From Escherichia coli O157:H7 (GTDB taxonomy: Bacteria; Pseudomonadota; Gammaproteobacteria; Enterobacterales; Enterobacteriaceae), in assembly GCF_013167455.1 (NCBI RefSeq), contig NZ_CP038328.1: a stretch of DNA of 64,000 bases; one strand, written 5' to 3'. Below the pieces are notes generated by a model, which saw nothing but the letters and a program-made list of their open reading frames with translations, did not search any database and had not been told where the DNA came from. The stretch's first letter is position 1, and every line of letters starts with the position of its first letter. The translations under genes were made by a program, and so were the position numbers. Positions 37,902 to 50,117 of this stretch are shown here, piece after piece.

Positions 37902-38246
37902 GTGACTTCATTACAACTCTCAATCGTCCATCGACTGCCGCAGAACTATCGCTGGTCTGCTGGTTTCGCAGGTTCGAAGGTTGAACCGATTCCGCAAAAT
38001 GGACCGTGCGGTGACAACAGCCTGGTGGCGCTTAAATTGCTTAGCCCGGATGGTGATAATGCATGGTCGGTGATGTATAAACTAAGCCAGGCGTTAGGCG
38101 ACATCGAAGTTCCATGTTCGGTGCTGGAGTGTGAAGGTGAGCCGTGCCTGTTTGTAAATCGCCAGGACGAGTTTGCTGCAACATGCCGATTGAAAAATTT
38201 TGGTGTGGCAATTGCCGAACCCTTTTCAAACTACAATCCTTTTTAA
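37902..38246 (+). CDS. yejG: uncharacterized protein YejG
   Basis: 114 aa, GTG start. Synteny between bcr and yejF. Confidence 0.85.
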   Translation: MTSLQLSIVHRLPQNYRWSAGFAGSKVEPIPQNGPCGDNSLVALKLLSPDGDNAWSVMYKLSQALGDIEVPCSVLECEGEPCLFVNRQDEFAATCRLKNFGVAIAEPFSNYNPF

Positions 38247-38249
38247 GCG

Positions 38250-39839
38250 TCAGCTCAACGCCAGTAGCTGACGCGTATACTCCTGCTGCGGTGTGGCAAA
38301 CACGCGCGCGCACGGTCCTTGTTCCACTACTTCCCCTTGTCGCAGTACGATAACCTGATGACATAACGCGCGGACAACGTGCAAATCGTGGCTGATAAAC
38401 AAATAGGCCAGTTGATGCTTTTGTTGCAATGATTTCAATAGCGTCAATATTTGCGCCTGTACCGTTTTGTCGAGTGATGATGTCGGTTCATCAAGTATGA
38501 TCAGCGAGGGCTTAAGAATTAATGCCCTGGCAATCGCAATACGTTGTCGCTGACCACCAGAGAACTCCGCCGGATAACGGTGGCGTGTTTCAGGATCTAA
38601 TCCCACTTCATGCATCACGTCTATCACTTGTTGTTCGCGTTGTGCGGCAGAAAGCGTCGGCTGGTGAACCCGTAAGCCTTCCTCAATAATCTGCAAAACG
38701 TTGAGTCGTGGGTTGAGCGAGGAGTTTGGATCCTGAAATACCACCTGAATGCGATGACGAATAGGTAACAGCTGGCGGCGATTTAAATTTTGCAGTGGCT
38801 GACCGTCAAAGATGATGCTGCCCTGAGAATTAATCAGTCGCAGCAGCGCCAGTCCCGTCGTGCTTTTCCCGGAACCGGACTCGCCCACTAAACCCAGTGT
38901 TTCACCCGCTCGTAGCGTAAAACTGATGTTTTTCACCACCACATTATGATCCACAATGCGCTTCAAAATCCCTTTGCGAATGGGGAAGGCAACCTGAAGC
39001 TGTTCAACATCCAGCAACGTTGAGGCAGGTTCTGGCAACGGCACTGGATCGCCTGACGGTTCACTGTTGAGTAGCTTTTGTGTGTAAGGATGAGTGGGTG
39101 AGGCAAATAGCGTAGCGGCGTAATTTTGCTCGACACAGCGACCGTTTTGCATTACCGCCACGCGGTGGGCCAGTTTTCTGACAATGCTGAGGTTATGAGT
39201 AATAAACAGCATGCCCATATTCAACTCGCCTTGCAGTTCGCGCAACAGCTGTAAAATCTGCGCCTGGACAGAGACGTCCAGTGCGGTGGTCGGTTCATCG
39301 GCAATTAATAATTCCGGTCGCGTTAACAGCGCCATCGCAATCATCACCCGCTGGCGTTCGCCGCCGGAGAGCTGATGCGGATAATCTGTCAGCCGTTTTG
39401 CCGCCTGGCGGATACCAACGCGATCAAGGCAGTTAAGAATTTCGCCACGAGCCGCTTCCCGACGCATCCCGCGGTGGAGTGAAAGCACTTCATAAAGCTG
39501 TTTTTCCAGGGTATGCAATGGATTTAACGACACCATCGGCTCTTGAAAAATCATGGCGATCTTATTACCGCGTACACCGCGCAACGTTTGGTCGCTGGCA
39601 TGAAGCAGCGATTCGCCATGAAAACGAATATCGCCGGAGAGATATTCAACCGGCGGGGAAGGGAGCAGGCGTAAAATTGACAGCGCGGTAACGCTTTTGC
39701 CTGAACCTGACTCACCCACCAGCGCCAGCGTTTCGCCAGCCTCAATCTGTAGTGAAACATCATTGACTACTGTACGTACGGTTTGCTGATGGCGAAAACC
39801 CACCGACAAATCTTCAATCGCTAACAGAGTTTGCGTCAT
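38250..39839 (-). CDS. yejF: oligopeptide/microcin C ABC importer, fused double ATPase YejF
   Basis: Internal start MTQTLLAIEDLSV (529 aa). Two Walker A motifs (GESGSGKS twice). Confidence 0.92.
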   Translation of the reverse strand: MTQTLLAIEDLSVGFRHQQTVRTVVNDVSLQIEAGETLALVGESGSGKSVTALSILRLLPSPPVEYLSGDIRFHGESLLHASDQTLRGVRGNKIAMIFQEPMVSLNPLHTLEKQLYEVLSLHRGMRREAARGEILNCLDRVGIRQAAKRLTDYPHQLSGGERQRVMIAMALLTRPELLIADEPTTALDVSVQAQILQLLRELQGELNMGMLFITHNLSIVRKLAHRVAVMQNGRCVEQNYAATLFASPTHPYTQKLLNSEPSGDPVPLPEPASTLLDVEQLQVAFPIRKGILKRIVDHNVVVKNISFTLRAGETLGLVGESGSGKSTTGLALLRLINSQGSIIFDGQPLQNLNRRQLLPIRHRIQVVFQDPNSSLNPRLNVLQIIEEGLRVHQPTLSAAQREQQVIDVMHEVGLDPETRHRYPAEFSGGQRQRIAIARALILKPSLIILDEPTSSLDKTVQAQILTLLKSLQQKHQLAYLFISHDLHVVRALCHQVIVLRQGEVVEQGPCARVFATPQQEYTRQLLALS

Positions 39840-39840
39840 G

Positions 39841-40866
39841 CTACACCGCCTTATTAGGATCAAATGCGTCGCGGACGGCTTCACCAATAAAGATCAGCAA
39901 AGACAATAATATCGCCACCGACAAGAAGGCGGTGATCCCAAGCCACGGAGCCTGAAGGTTATTTTTCCCTTGTAACAGCAGTTCACCGAGTGACGGTGAA
40001 CCGAGCGGCAGACCGAAGCCGAGGAAATCGAGTGAGGTCAGGGTGGTGATCGAACTACATAAAATAAACGGTAAAAAGGTGAGGGTAGCGACCATTGCAT
40101 TCGGCAACATATGACGCAGAATAATACTGCGATCGCTGACGCCAAGCGCCTGTGCCGCGCGGATGTAGTCGAAATTGCGGGTACGTAAAAACTCCGCCCG
40201 CACCACGCCGACCAGACTCATCCAGCCAAATAAGACAGTAATTGCCAGCAGCCACCAGAAGTTAGGTTGCACAACGCTGGAAAGCAGAATAATCAAAAAC
40301 AGCGTTGGCATCCCCGACCATACTTCAATAAAGCGCTGCCCCCAGAGATCGACCTTACCGCCGTAATAGCCTTGTAGCGCCCCCGCCAGCACGCCCATCA
40401 CGCTGGAACAGAGAGTCAGCATCAGGCCAAACAGAACCGAGATCCGCGTGCCATAGAGAATACGTGCCAGCACATCGCCGCCGTTGGCATCCGTTCCCAG
40501 CCAGTTTTGCCGGGAGGGGGGAGAAGGGAAGGGCTTATCGGTAGCAAAGTTGATACTGGTAGCACCAAAGCGAATCGGTGCCCACAGTACCCAGCCATTA
40601 TTTTCCAGCCGTTGTTTCAGCCACGGGTCCTGATAATCAGCCTGACTTGCCAGCGGGCCGCCAAAATCGCTTTCGCTGTAGTTTTTCAACAACGGGAAAT
40701 ACCAACTGCCGTCATAACGCACCAGCAACGGTTTATCGTTGGCGATAAGTTCAGAACACAAACTCAAACCAAACAAAACGAGGAAAATCCATAACGACCA
40801 GTAGCCGCGACGGTTATGGCGAAAACGCGCCCAACGGGCCTGATTGACGGGGTTGAGTCGCGACAT
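39841..40866 (-). CDS. yejE: ABC importer permease YejE
   Basis: 341 aa. BPD-type permease. Contiguous with yejB and yejF. Confidence 0.92.
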   Translation of the reverse strand: MSRLNPVNQARWARFRHNRRGYWSLWIFLVLFGLSLCSELIANDKPLLVRYDGSWYFPLLKNYSESDFGGPLASQADYQDPWLKQRLENNGWVLWAPIRFGATSINFATDKPFPSPPSRQNWLGTDANGGDVLARILYGTRISVLFGLMLTLCSSVMGVLAGALQGYYGGKVDLWGQRFIEVWSGMPTLFLIILLSSVVQPNFWWLLAITVLFGWMSLVGVVRAEFLRTRNFDYIRAAQALGVSDRSIILRHMLPNAMVATLTFLPFILCSSITTLTSLDFLGFGLPLGSPSLGELLLQGKNNLQAPWLGITAFLSVAILLSLLIFIGEAVRDAFDPNKAV

Positions 40867-41960
40867 TAACGTCCCTCAAAATCTATACGCGGATCGACCA
40901 GCGTATAGCTGATATCACTGACAATATTCAGCAGCAGGCCAATCAGGGTGAAAATATACAAGGTACCAAACATTACAGGATAATCGCGCGAGACGGTCGC
41001 TTCGTAGCCCAGTAAGCCAAGACCATTGAGTGAAAACATCACCTCAATCAGCAGCGAGCCGGTAAAAAACATGCTGATAAACGTCGCCGGAAAACCGGCA
41101 ATCACCAGCAGCATGGCGTTGCGGAACACATGTTTCCAGAGAATATTTTTTTCACTTACCCCTTTCGCACGCGCGGTCACCACGTATTGCTTGCGTACTT
41201 CATCAAGGAATGAGTTTTTTGTCAGCATAGTCAGCGCCGCAAAGCCACCAATCACCGTCGCCAGCACCGGCAGCGTGATATGCCACAGATAATCGGTGAT
41301 TTTCTGATACCACGGCAGCGAATCAAAGTTAGCGGAAACCAGGCCGCGTAGAGGGAACAGGTCGAAATAGCTGCCGCCTGCGAAGAAGACAATCAGCAGG
41401 ATGGCAAACAAAAAGGCCGGAATGGCGTAGCCGATGATGATAAATGCGCTACTCCAGACGTCAAAGCGGCTCCCATTATAAACAGCTTTGCGAATGCCTA
41501 ACGGAATCGACACCAGATAGATAATCAGCGTGCTCCACAATCCGAGGGTGATGGAAACCGGCAGACTGTCTTTAATCAGCGTCAGCACCGAGGCGCTGCG
41601 AAACAGGCTATCGCCAAAATCAAAGCGGATGTAGTCCCAGAGCATTTTGAAGTAACGTTCGTGGATCGGCTTATCGAAACCGTAGCGATGAGTGATCTCG
41701 GCGATCACTTCTGGATCTAATCCGCGTCCGCCACGGTAATTACTGTCGCTGATATTACCGACGCCCGTTTGCGCATGGCTGGCGCGAACGCCTTCACCGC
41801 CTGCGCCGGGTAATACTCCGGCATTACCAAACTCAATGGCGGCGATGGCCTGGTCGACCGGACCGCCAGGCGCAATTTGCACGATGAAAAAGTTGATAGT
41901 GATAATCGCCCATAACGTTGGGATCACCAGCAACAGACGGCGAATCAGATAAGCGCCCAT
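40866..41960 (-). CDS. yejB: ABC importer permease YejB
   Basis: 364-aa permease. Synteny agrees. Confidence 0.92.
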
Positions 41961-43775
41961 CTACTCTCCCTGTTGTCTGGCTGACGGCAGTTTGGCCGCT
42001 TTATTAACATCATACCACCAGGTATCGATACCCAGACTGTAAACAGGGCGCACAGCGGGTTGGGAGAATTTATCCCACCAGGCGAGACGGTCTTCCGCCA
42101 TGTACCACATTGGCAGCATGTAATAATTCCACGTTAATACGCGATCCAGTGCTCGCCCTAACGGCAGTAATTTTTCTTTATTTCCCTGCGCGGCAATAAT
42201 TTGGTTGATCAGCGAGTCGATAACCGGGCTTTGCACGCCGGGGGCATTATAAGTGGAATTGATATATTCCGATGACCAGGAAATCTGTAAATCGGAACTG
42301 GGCCACGGCATCGCCCGCCATAGGCGCGGCATCATGTCATAGTCGCGACTGCGCATGCGGTTGGTGATTTGCGAGTGATCCACCTTGCGAATGTCCATGT
42401 TGATACCCAGCCGTTGCAGGCTGTGCTGGAACGGCAATACCCACTGACTATTGCTGCTTGCAGGAAGCAATAATTCAAAGCTGAGCGGCTGACCCGTAGT
42501 GGCATTAACGCGTTGCTGACCTTTCAGCACCCAGCCCGCTTCGTTGAGAAGTTTGTCGGCTTTTAACAGGTTGTCACGATCGTAGCCATCGCCTTTCGAT
42601 ACCGGCGGCTGGTAGATTTGTGTGAAGACTTCTGGCGGTAAATCTTTTTTCATTGGTGCCAGAAGCACCAGCTCCGCGGCGTCGGGGTAATTTCTGGCCG
42701 CGTATTCGGTATTCTGAAAATAACTGTTCGTGCGACTCCAGGCATTGTAAAACAACGCCTTGTTCATCCATTCAAAGTCAAAGGCGAGGGTGATTGCTTC
42801 CCGGACCCGGCGATCGCTGAATACCGGACGTTGGATATTAAACGCCAGCCAGCGCGTATCCTGGGCTGATTCGTTCTTTTGCTCATCTTTGATGATGTAT
42901 TTTTTATCGAAATTTTTACCGCTATAGCGTGTGGCCCAGTTTTTGGCGTCGTTTTCCATACGCAAATCAAAGGCACCTGCTTTAAACGCTTCAAAGGCGA
43001 CATTATCATCGAGGTAATAATCGTAGCGAATGGTGTCGAAATTCCAGCGTCCACGGTTTACCGGTAAGTTTGCTGCCCAGTAATCTTTCACGCGGGAATA
43101 GACAATATTTTGCCCCATTTTCCAGGACGTAATTCGGTACGGACCACTGGCAAGCGGAGGCGTGGCGAGCGGATCGCTAAGTTTGTGATCCTTCCAGTAC
43201 TTTTCTGGAAATACCGGCAGCGAAAACAGACTCAACATATCTTCTTTGCCGGGTTTAGCTAACTCAATGCGCACGGTTAACGGCGCAATGGCTTTGACGG
43301 TGGTGCCTTTGTAGACCAGACGAAATTGCGGCACGCCTTCAGTCATAAATTTTTGAAAAGTAAACTCTACATCGCGGGCAGTAATGGGCGAACCATCATG
43401 AAAACGGGCGCGAGGATTAATAGCGACCTCCACCCAGGAATAATCGTCAGCATAGCGTGCGCTTTCAGCAATCAGCGGGTAATAACTGCCTGGTTCGTCA
43501 TCGGAAGTCGTAAATAGCGTGTCGTACAGCTGCTCGGTGCGTGCGCCCGGGTTGCCGCGCAGTGCATAGCGGTTGAAATTATCGAAGGTACCGAGGGCTG
43601 ACAACGTTATCTGCCCACCTTTTGGCGCGGCGGGGTTCACATAATCAAAATGGTTGAAATTAAACGCGTACCGGGGTTCGCCCAGCACGGCAAAGGCATA
43701 GCTTTCCTTGATAGCCTGCGCCTGCGCACCAAAGGTGAACAGAGCGATAAACAGCAGCAGTATGCGCACAATCAT
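41961..43775 (-). CDS. yejA: periplasmic oligopeptide/microcin C-binding protein YejA
   Basis: ATG start [19 protein letters not shown] (604 aa; the track ORF begins 2 codons earlier at TTG). Family 5 solute-binding protein. Confidence 0.9.
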
Positions 43776-43856
43776 CTGCAACGGATTTCCTTTTACTCAT
43801 CATTAGCCGCAATCCGGCATGCTTTCACTATGAATAATAAGGGACGTAAGCACACC

Positions 43857-45413
43857 TTACCACTGCGGCGTATACGGTTTCTTCAGCCAGCGGACAAAAT
43901 CGTCCAGCGGTAACGGGCGACTAATCCAGTAGCCTTGCATGAAATTAACGCCGCGTTCGCTTAGCCATCGCGCCTGTTCCGGCGTTTCGACCCCCTCAGC
44001 AACCGTCAGCATATTGAGGCGTTTCGCCAGCGTCAGCACCGCGTCAAGTACGGGTGAAGTGATCGTTTCCGTACCGATGGCGTTGATAAATCCACGGTCA
44101 ATTTTCAGATAATCGAGCGTAAAACGCTCAAGATAGATAAGCGCGCTGTGCCCGGTGCCGAAGTCATCAATAGCAATTTCTACGCCGACCGAGTGCAGCC
44201 AGGCGAAGAGTTGTGTGGCTTCTTGCTCTTTCAGCATATCGCGCTCGGTAATTTCCAGCACAATCTGGAAATGGTGTGCGGGTAGGGAAGTGAGCAGTTT
44301 CTGGATATTTGCTTTAAAGCTTTCGCTGTGCAGATGGTCCGGCGCAATGTTAATGCCAAATTTGACGCCTACCGGCAGCACTTTTTCTAATTCTGCGGCA
44401 TCGCGGGCAATTAACTCAAACAGGTGCTGAGTCAGCGGCACAATCATCTTTTGCGATTCGGCAAAGTTAATGAAGGCATCCGGGGGAATTTCTCCCGCGA
44501 CAGGATGCCGCCAGCGTAGCAGTACTTCCAGGCCCGTTACTCGCAAAGCTTGTGTATCCACCACCGGTTGATACGCCACGTAAAATTGTTCGCGCTTGAT
44601 GGCGGTCATGATTTCTCTGCCGGGGCGCATACGTACGCTCATCAGGTAATAGCAGAGCAGGCCAACGACAGTTCCACTCATGCCGCCCAGTAAAAATGCG
44701 TACCACACATCGTTCCATGTCCAGTCATCTGCATAAAGCCGAACGGTCAGAGGAATGCCCGCAATTTTAGTTTCACGGACTGGCATGTCGGTTAATTCGT
44801 TAACGTTCATCAAACGTGAAGAAAAGGTAGATAGCGCAGTATTGCCAATAATGAGGGCGACGCCATCGTAATCTTCCTGCCGTGAGCTATAAAAGAGAGA
44901 AGGCGTCAGGTTGAGATTCAGAGCGGCAAAGACGCCGCTATTTTTCAGCAAAGGGTTGCGATACCAGATGACGATTGCGGGTTTGTTCGGCACCATCGGC
45001 GTGCCGGGTAAGATCGCCATATCGACATTTTTATTAATGTCGAGCGCAGGAATCAATTCATTGAGTGGAATGTCCATCTCACCGGTCGCAGATGAACAGA
45101 ATGTTTTTTTATCTTTCACCAGCACAAACGTTCGGACATTCATGCTAAACGCCGCGCGGGCGGTCAGTTCGGGGTTAGCTTGCTTGCATGTATCTAAGGT
45201 CAGCGGCTGGAGCCGGTCAGTAGTGGATTTCAGGTCGGCAAAATAGGTATCGAGATACTTTTGTACGTCGGTAATCAGTGTGTCGTATTTGACTTCGTGC
45301 TTATGCCAGGCCACTAAAAACTGAAGGCAGCTCACCAGTATCGCAATCATTACGCCTGCAACAATGCAGGTAAGCAGGAGCTTACGTCCAGAATTGGGAG
45401 CGCGTATGAACAT
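43857..45413 (-). CDS. pdeN: membrane c-di-GMP phosphodiesterase PdeN (Rtn), EAL domain
   Basis: 518 aa. Two TM helices flanking a periplasmic domain, and a C-terminal EAL domain (EVLLRW, QIVLEITE, DDFGTG). Confidence 0.9.
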   Translation of the reverse strand: MFIRAPNSGRKLLLTCIVAGVMIAILVSCLQFLVAWHKHEVKYDTLITDVQKYLDTYFADLKSTTDRLQPLTLDTCKQANPELTARAAFSMNVRTFVLVKDKKTFCSSATGEMDIPLNELIPALDINKNVDMAILPGTPMVPNKPAIVIWYRNPLLKNSGVFAALNLNLTPSLFYSSRQEDYDGVALIIGNTALSTFSSRLMNVNELTDMPVRETKIAGIPLTVRLYADDWTWNDVWYAFLLGGMSGTVVGLLCYYLMSVRMRPGREIMTAIKREQFYVAYQPVVDTQALRVTGLEVLLRWRHPVAGEIPPDAFINFAESQKMIVPLTQHLFELIARDAAELEKVLPVGVKFGINIAPDHLHSESFKANIQKLLTSLPAHHFQIVLEITERDMLKEQEATQLFAWLHSVGVEIAIDDFGTGHSALIYLERFTLDYLKIDRGFINAIGTETITSPVLDAVLTLAKRLNMLTVAEGVETPEQARWLSERGVNFMQGYWISRPLPLDDFVRWLKKPYTPQW

Positions 45414-45593
45414 GATTCCGTTAATTTCCTGAAATTACGACAACATTTAAAAGATAACAATGACCGGACTATAGCCTGGATCAAGACGCGGAAACATCAT
45501 TTTCTCTGATGAATGAAAACAAAAAAGCACTGCCTAAACAGTGCTTTCAGTTAACTCGTCAGGATAGCCAAGGGATTGCATCCAAACGGTTTA

Positions 45594-46160
45594 TTAGCTG
45601 CGGCTGAGAACCCGGCGTGCTTCGTTGTAACGCTTCTTCCAGTACGGTTCATTCATGCTGGAAATAATAACACCACTGCTGGTGGAAGCATGGACAAACT
45701 GATTGTTGCCGATATAAATACCGACATGGCGTCCCGTTGAACCGGCACGGAACAGAACTAAATCACCCGTACGCAAATTACTGCGGGAAACAGATTTACC
45801 CATTTCCTGCTGTTCGTAAGTCGAACGCGGAAGTTCTAAGCCAAATTGCTCACGGAATGTACGCTGTACGAAACCAGAACAATCGATACCTTTTTTAGTG
45901 CTGCCGCCCAGACGATAACGTACGCCTTTCCAGTCAGCATACTGATCCATAATTCGCGATTTTACGTCGACATTACGAACCAGGTTTTCAAATTCATCCT
46001 GAGAAGCTTGCAGTGATGATGTTTCACTACCCACTGCACGTGTCTCAGGATGCATATTCTTTGCGGTGTTATTTGCACTACATGCAGAAAGCAGAACCGC
46101 TACTGCAATCGCGGGGATCCCGCGCAAGATATATCTCAAAATCGGTTGAGATTTGACCAT
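45594..46160 (-). CDS. mepS: NlpC/P60 murein DD-endopeptidase lipoprotein MepS (Spr)
   Basis: 188 aa. Lipobox LLSAC and the NlpC/P60 catalytic Cys context GIDCSGFV. Confidence 0.93.
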
Positions 46161-46572
46161 GTTGTTTGTTTTCCCTTGAAGTCCTTAACGACAAATATCG
46201 TTATAAAAAAAATGCCAAGCGACACGAGACTAATTACCAGGGCATGTTGAAACAATTCCTTAAGGCCAAATCTGTGGACTAACGCACAAAATTATATGCT
46301 GTGAGGATAATCTACCGCCGAGGCAAAACGAGTTCGAGATTACCCGATTGGTGCGGTCTTGGCGAGCGGTTTTACATGATTTTTTATAAGAAAAAGTGAT
46401 ACAGAAAGTTAATAAGCGGGATTGGTCAATTAAAGTACGATTGAGTGAAATGCATGCAATCCATTCATTTACTTAGAGAATGATTTTTGCTTTCGATGGA
46501 TGAAAGCACGGTGCGCATCATCAGGATTATCCTCACTATAAAAATAAACCTGATGATGTTAAGTACTGTGAG

Positions 46573-47286
46573 TTATTTGTTTTGGAAATGTTTGTTTTTT
46601 CCCGGTAGTGATTTGTCAAAAAAGGTGATTAATCGATCACTTAATGGCGTCAGCAACACCCAGGGCAAACCGATCAATATCACGGTCATCGAACCGACAA
46701 TGATGTCAGTAAACCAGTGTGCGCCAATCATTACTCTGGGAAACGCAAAAACCACAAAAATAATAAGGGCGATAAGACCTGCAACTTTGCCGAAATAACG
46801 CCACATGAATGCCGAAAAAATAAGCAGCATCATGCCGTGATCGCCGGGAAAGCTATCTCGTGAGGCATCTTTCGTGGGGACAGAGAGCAGTTCGCTGACG
46901 CGGTTAATATCGGTAAAAGTCAATGTTGGGCTGGCCCGTTTTACAGGAATTAATGCCTGACCCAGCTGGTTTAATACCACTGCAGTTAATAGCATGACCA
47001 GACCAATAATCACGATACGTCGTCTGCCTGGGGCGTTTTCTTTCAGCCAGAAACTCAGCATCAACATTCCCATTGCCAGCAGTGAACAACCGTCGAAAGC
47101 GCGATTGTTGGTCAATGCAACCAGCCACAAAAAGGCCTTACTTTCGACCAGTTTCTGATTAAAGAAATAAAAAATATCCGCATCAATCGGCAACCAGAAT
47201 CCATGATTAACGGGAATATACCAGGAAAGAAACAGCGCGAGGCCGACAATATTCAACAACACTATTTGCGGCAAATTTTTAATCAT
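46573..47286 (-). CDS. lpxT: lipid A 1-diphosphate synthase LpxT (YeiU), PAP2 family
   Basis: Internal start MIKNLPQIVLLNIVG (237 aa). PAP2 motifs (SFPGDH, HWFTD). Confidence 0.9.
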   Translation of the reverse strand: MIKNLPQIVLLNIVGLALFLSWYIPVNHGFWLPIDADIFYFFNQKLVESKAFLWLVALTNNRAFDGCSLLAMGMLMLSFWLKENAPGRRRIVIIGLVMLLTAVVLNQLGQALIPVKRASPTLTFTDINRVSELLSVPTKDASRDSFPGDHGMMLLIFSAFMWRYFGKVAGLIALIIFVVFAFPRVMIGAHWFTDIIVGSMTVILIGLPWVLLTPLSDRLITFFDKSLPGKNKHFQNK

Positions 47287-47324
47287 ATTTTCTCTAATTA
47301 TCTTACTGAAAAACGCAGGCAACC

Positions 47325-48311
47325 TTACGCGGTAGTCGCTAAACGAAGCTTCAACAGCGCGCTCTGCAAGGCATTCCAGTCAGCTTCGCTGCTGGAAATC
47401 AGCTCAATACGGCTGTCCGGTGGCGCAACGTTTTGCGTTTCAATGTGCAGGTCATCGCCCTGACGGTTGATTCGCACCAGCCCTTCGGGAATACGCAGCA
47501 CGCCTTTGACGCGTTCCACCGGTGCAAGTCGCGCCCATTCCAGAATGCCAATGGTGTCGAATACCGTATCAGCGTCGAATATCCAGCCGCAGGCCTGATG
47601 TCCTTGTCCACTGTTCAGACTGCGACGCCAGCGTTGATGCTCTGGCAGGCTTAACGCTGCTAACCCTTTTTTCACGACATGCTGATGAGAATGCGCGGCG
47701 CTGGCGGGCAACTCGGCTAAATTGTGACGCGGCAAATCCAGAAGATGACCGGCAACTTTCCCATGCTCACTGTGAATTAATTGCCGATCGCCACCATTTT
47801 GCTGCCACCAGCGCTGTAGCGCTTGCTCGCTTTCAGGTGTCGCACGGTCGGATTTATTGGCGACAATGATGTCTGCGGCAGCCAGCTGGTCACGGAAGTT
47901 TTCATTGCTGGCGCTTTTTTCGTCCAGCAGCAGGCGTGGATCGAGAATGCACAACGTGGCGCGCAGATCTATCCACGGTTCATAGACTGGTGCGGTTAAC
48001 AGATCGAGGATCTGTTTCGGATGGCCCAGCCCAGTCGGCTCTATCAACAAGCGGTCTGGTTTTCCCTGACGCAGTAAGGTATTCAACCCTACCTGCATGG
48101 GTAAACCATTAACGCAGCACATGCAGCCGCCGGGGATCTCTTTCAGCAGTGCGCCGCTATCGGCGAGCAAAGCACCATCAATTCCGACTTCCCCAAATTC
48201 ATTAACCAGTACCGCCCATTTTTCGTTGGGATCTTTATGGGCTAACAGATGAAGAATCGACGTGGTTTTCCCGCTGCCGAGAAAACCGGTGATGAGGTTG
48301 GTCCTGGTCAC
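47325..48311 (-). CDS. yeiR: COG0523 zinc-associated GTPase YeiR
   Basis: 328 aa. P-loop GFLGSGKTT and the CxCC motif GGCMCC. Confidence 0.92.
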   Translation of the reverse strand: MTRTNLITGFLGSGKTTSILHLLAHKDPNEKWAVLVNEFGEVGIDGALLADSGALLKEIPGGCMCCVNGLPMQVGLNTLLRQGKPDRLLIEPTGLGHPKQILDLLTAPVYEPWIDLRATLCILDPRLLLDEKSASNENFRDQLAAADIIVANKSDRATPESEQALQRWWQQNGGDRQLIHSEHGKVAGHLLDLPRHNLAELPASAAHSHQHVVKKGLAALSLPEHQRWRRSLNSGQGHQACGWIFDADTVFDTIGILEWARLAPVERVKGVLRIPEGLVRINRQGDDLHIETQNVAPPDSRIELISSSEADWNALQSALLKLRLATTA

Positions 48312-48428
48312 AACAGCTCCGCAATACTCTGGTAAGTTAACTGAGCGTTAATCCTGGCTAAAAACGGCAGAAAAGAGAAGGGGAGAGCGGACGAAGGCGA
48401 GCTTCATCCGCTTTAACCGCAGAAATCG

Positions 48429-49895
48429 TTAAATTTTGAGGGTGTTTAATAGCGCCTGATGCGCGCCGAATTGTGCGATTTGTTGCCGGGCTTGTTCGAT
48501 GGCCTGCACAAAATGCGGGTTATCTGGCAGATCATCACCGAAAACTTCACGCAGGGAAAGCAGGGCGGTGACGCGTTGCTCACTGATGCTGCCCGCAACA
48601 AGATCGCGAATTTTATCGCTAAGCGGATCGCGAACATCAATGGCATTTCCGGCATCATCAACGCCGCTGACGTAACGCATCCAGCCTGCAACGCCTAATG
48701 CCAGCAACGACCAGTCCGTTTCGCGCCCCAGATGTATGCGAATACCTGCCAGCATGCGTTGCGGTAATTTCTGGCTGCCATCCATCGCGATTTGCCAGGT
48801 CTTACGTTTCAGCGCCGGATTAGCAAAACGTGCAATTAACTTATCCGCATATTGTGTTAAATCGACATCTTTAATCCGCAGTGTCGGCGCTTGCTCATCC
48901 AGCATTAATGTTCTGGCGGCATGGCGAAATGCGCGATCCTGCATGCAATCACTGATATGGGCGAATCCTGAGAGGTAACCCAGATAAGCGAGAAAAGAGT
49001 GGCTGCCATTAAGCATCCGCAGTTTCATCTCTTCCCATGGCAGGACATCATTCACCATTTGTACACCTGCGACTTCCCAGGCAGGACGCCCAGCGACGAA
49101 GTTATCTTCCACCACCCACTGGATAAACGGTTCGCAGCTAATCGCGCAGGGATCATTTACCCCCAGATGCTGGCTGATTTCTGCCAGTGATTCGTCGGTT
49201 GCAGCCGGAACAATGCGGTCGACCATGGTTCCCGGAAAACTGACGTGTTCTTTTATCCACCCGGCGAGTTCTGGCGAACGTTTTTCTGCCATTCCCAGCA
49301 CCGCGTTTTTCACCACATGGCCATTGTCGGGAATATTGTCGCAGGAGAGCACGGTAAACGGTGTAAGGCCGCGCTCACGGCGGCGTTTCAGTGCTTCGAC
49401 GAGAATACCCGGTGCGGAGTGAGGTTCTTCAGGGGTTTGTAGATCGTGAATAATCCGCGGATTGCTGGTGTCGAGTGCACCGGTGGCCGGGTCAATACAA
49501 TAGCCTTTTTCGGTAATCGTCAGGGAAACAATTGCCACCTGTGGCTCGCAAAATTTCTCAATAATTGCCGCTAAGGAATCCAGTTTTGCATTCAGGCATT
49601 CGTGAACGGCACCGACAATTATCGCCTGATTGCCGTCCGCCCCTTTCTCCAGCACGGTATATAAATGGTTCTGTGCGCGGAGCTGGCTCATCAGTTGATC
49701 ACCGCTGAACAAGCTGATTTCACAGATCCCCCAGTCGCCGCCCTGGGCATTCAGCACACGATCGGTCAGTAACGCCTGATGTGCGCGGTGAAAGGCTCCA
49801 AAGCCAAAATGAACGATACGTGATTGCAACTGCTGGCGATCGTAGCGTGGAGCGTGTACATGATGCGGGAGCGTAACGGAGGCGATTGTATTCAT
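48429..49895 (-). CDS. yeiQ: mannitol dehydrogenase-family oxidoreductase YeiQ
   Basis: Internal start MNTIASVTLPHH (488 aa). GFGAFHRAHQ NAD-binding motif. Confidence 0.9.
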   Translation of the reverse strand: MNTIASVTLPHHVHAPRYDRQQLQSRIVHFGFGAFHRAHQALLTDRVLNAQGGDWGICEISLFSGDQLMSQLRAQNHLYTVLEKGADGNQAIIVGAVHECLNAKLDSLAAIIEKFCEPQVAIVSLTITEKGYCIDPATGALDTSNPRIIHDLQTPEEPHSAPGILVEALKRRRERGLTPFTVLSCDNIPDNGHVVKNAVLGMAEKRSPELAGWIKEHVSFPGTMVDRIVPAATDESLAEISQHLGVNDPCAISCEPFIQWVVEDNFVAGRPAWEVAGVQMVNDVLPWEEMKLRMLNGSHSFLAYLGYLSGFAHISDCMQDRAFRHAARTLMLDEQAPTLRIKDVDLTQYADKLIARFANPALKRKTWQIAMDGSQKLPQRMLAGIRIHLGRETDWSLLALGVAGWMRYVSGVDDAGNAIDVRDPLSDKIRDLVAGSISEQRVTALLSLREVFGDDLPDNPHFVQAIEQARQQIAQFGAHQALLNTLKI

Positions 49896-50117
49896 AGGAG
49901 TCATGTCTTAGTAACGATTAATTAACAATGACAGTGTAAAGTTATATGACAGCAATTGAAATTGGTCTGGATTGTTAATGCGATGAAGTGTGAGGGCGAT
50001 CAATCAACGAGTGAAAATTGAGGGCGTAAGGTGTTCAGGAAGCGCAAAATAGAAGATTGGTATAATAAATTAAAAAAGGGACAGCCTGAGCTATCCCTTT
50101 TCTGCATGCGGCTGAAG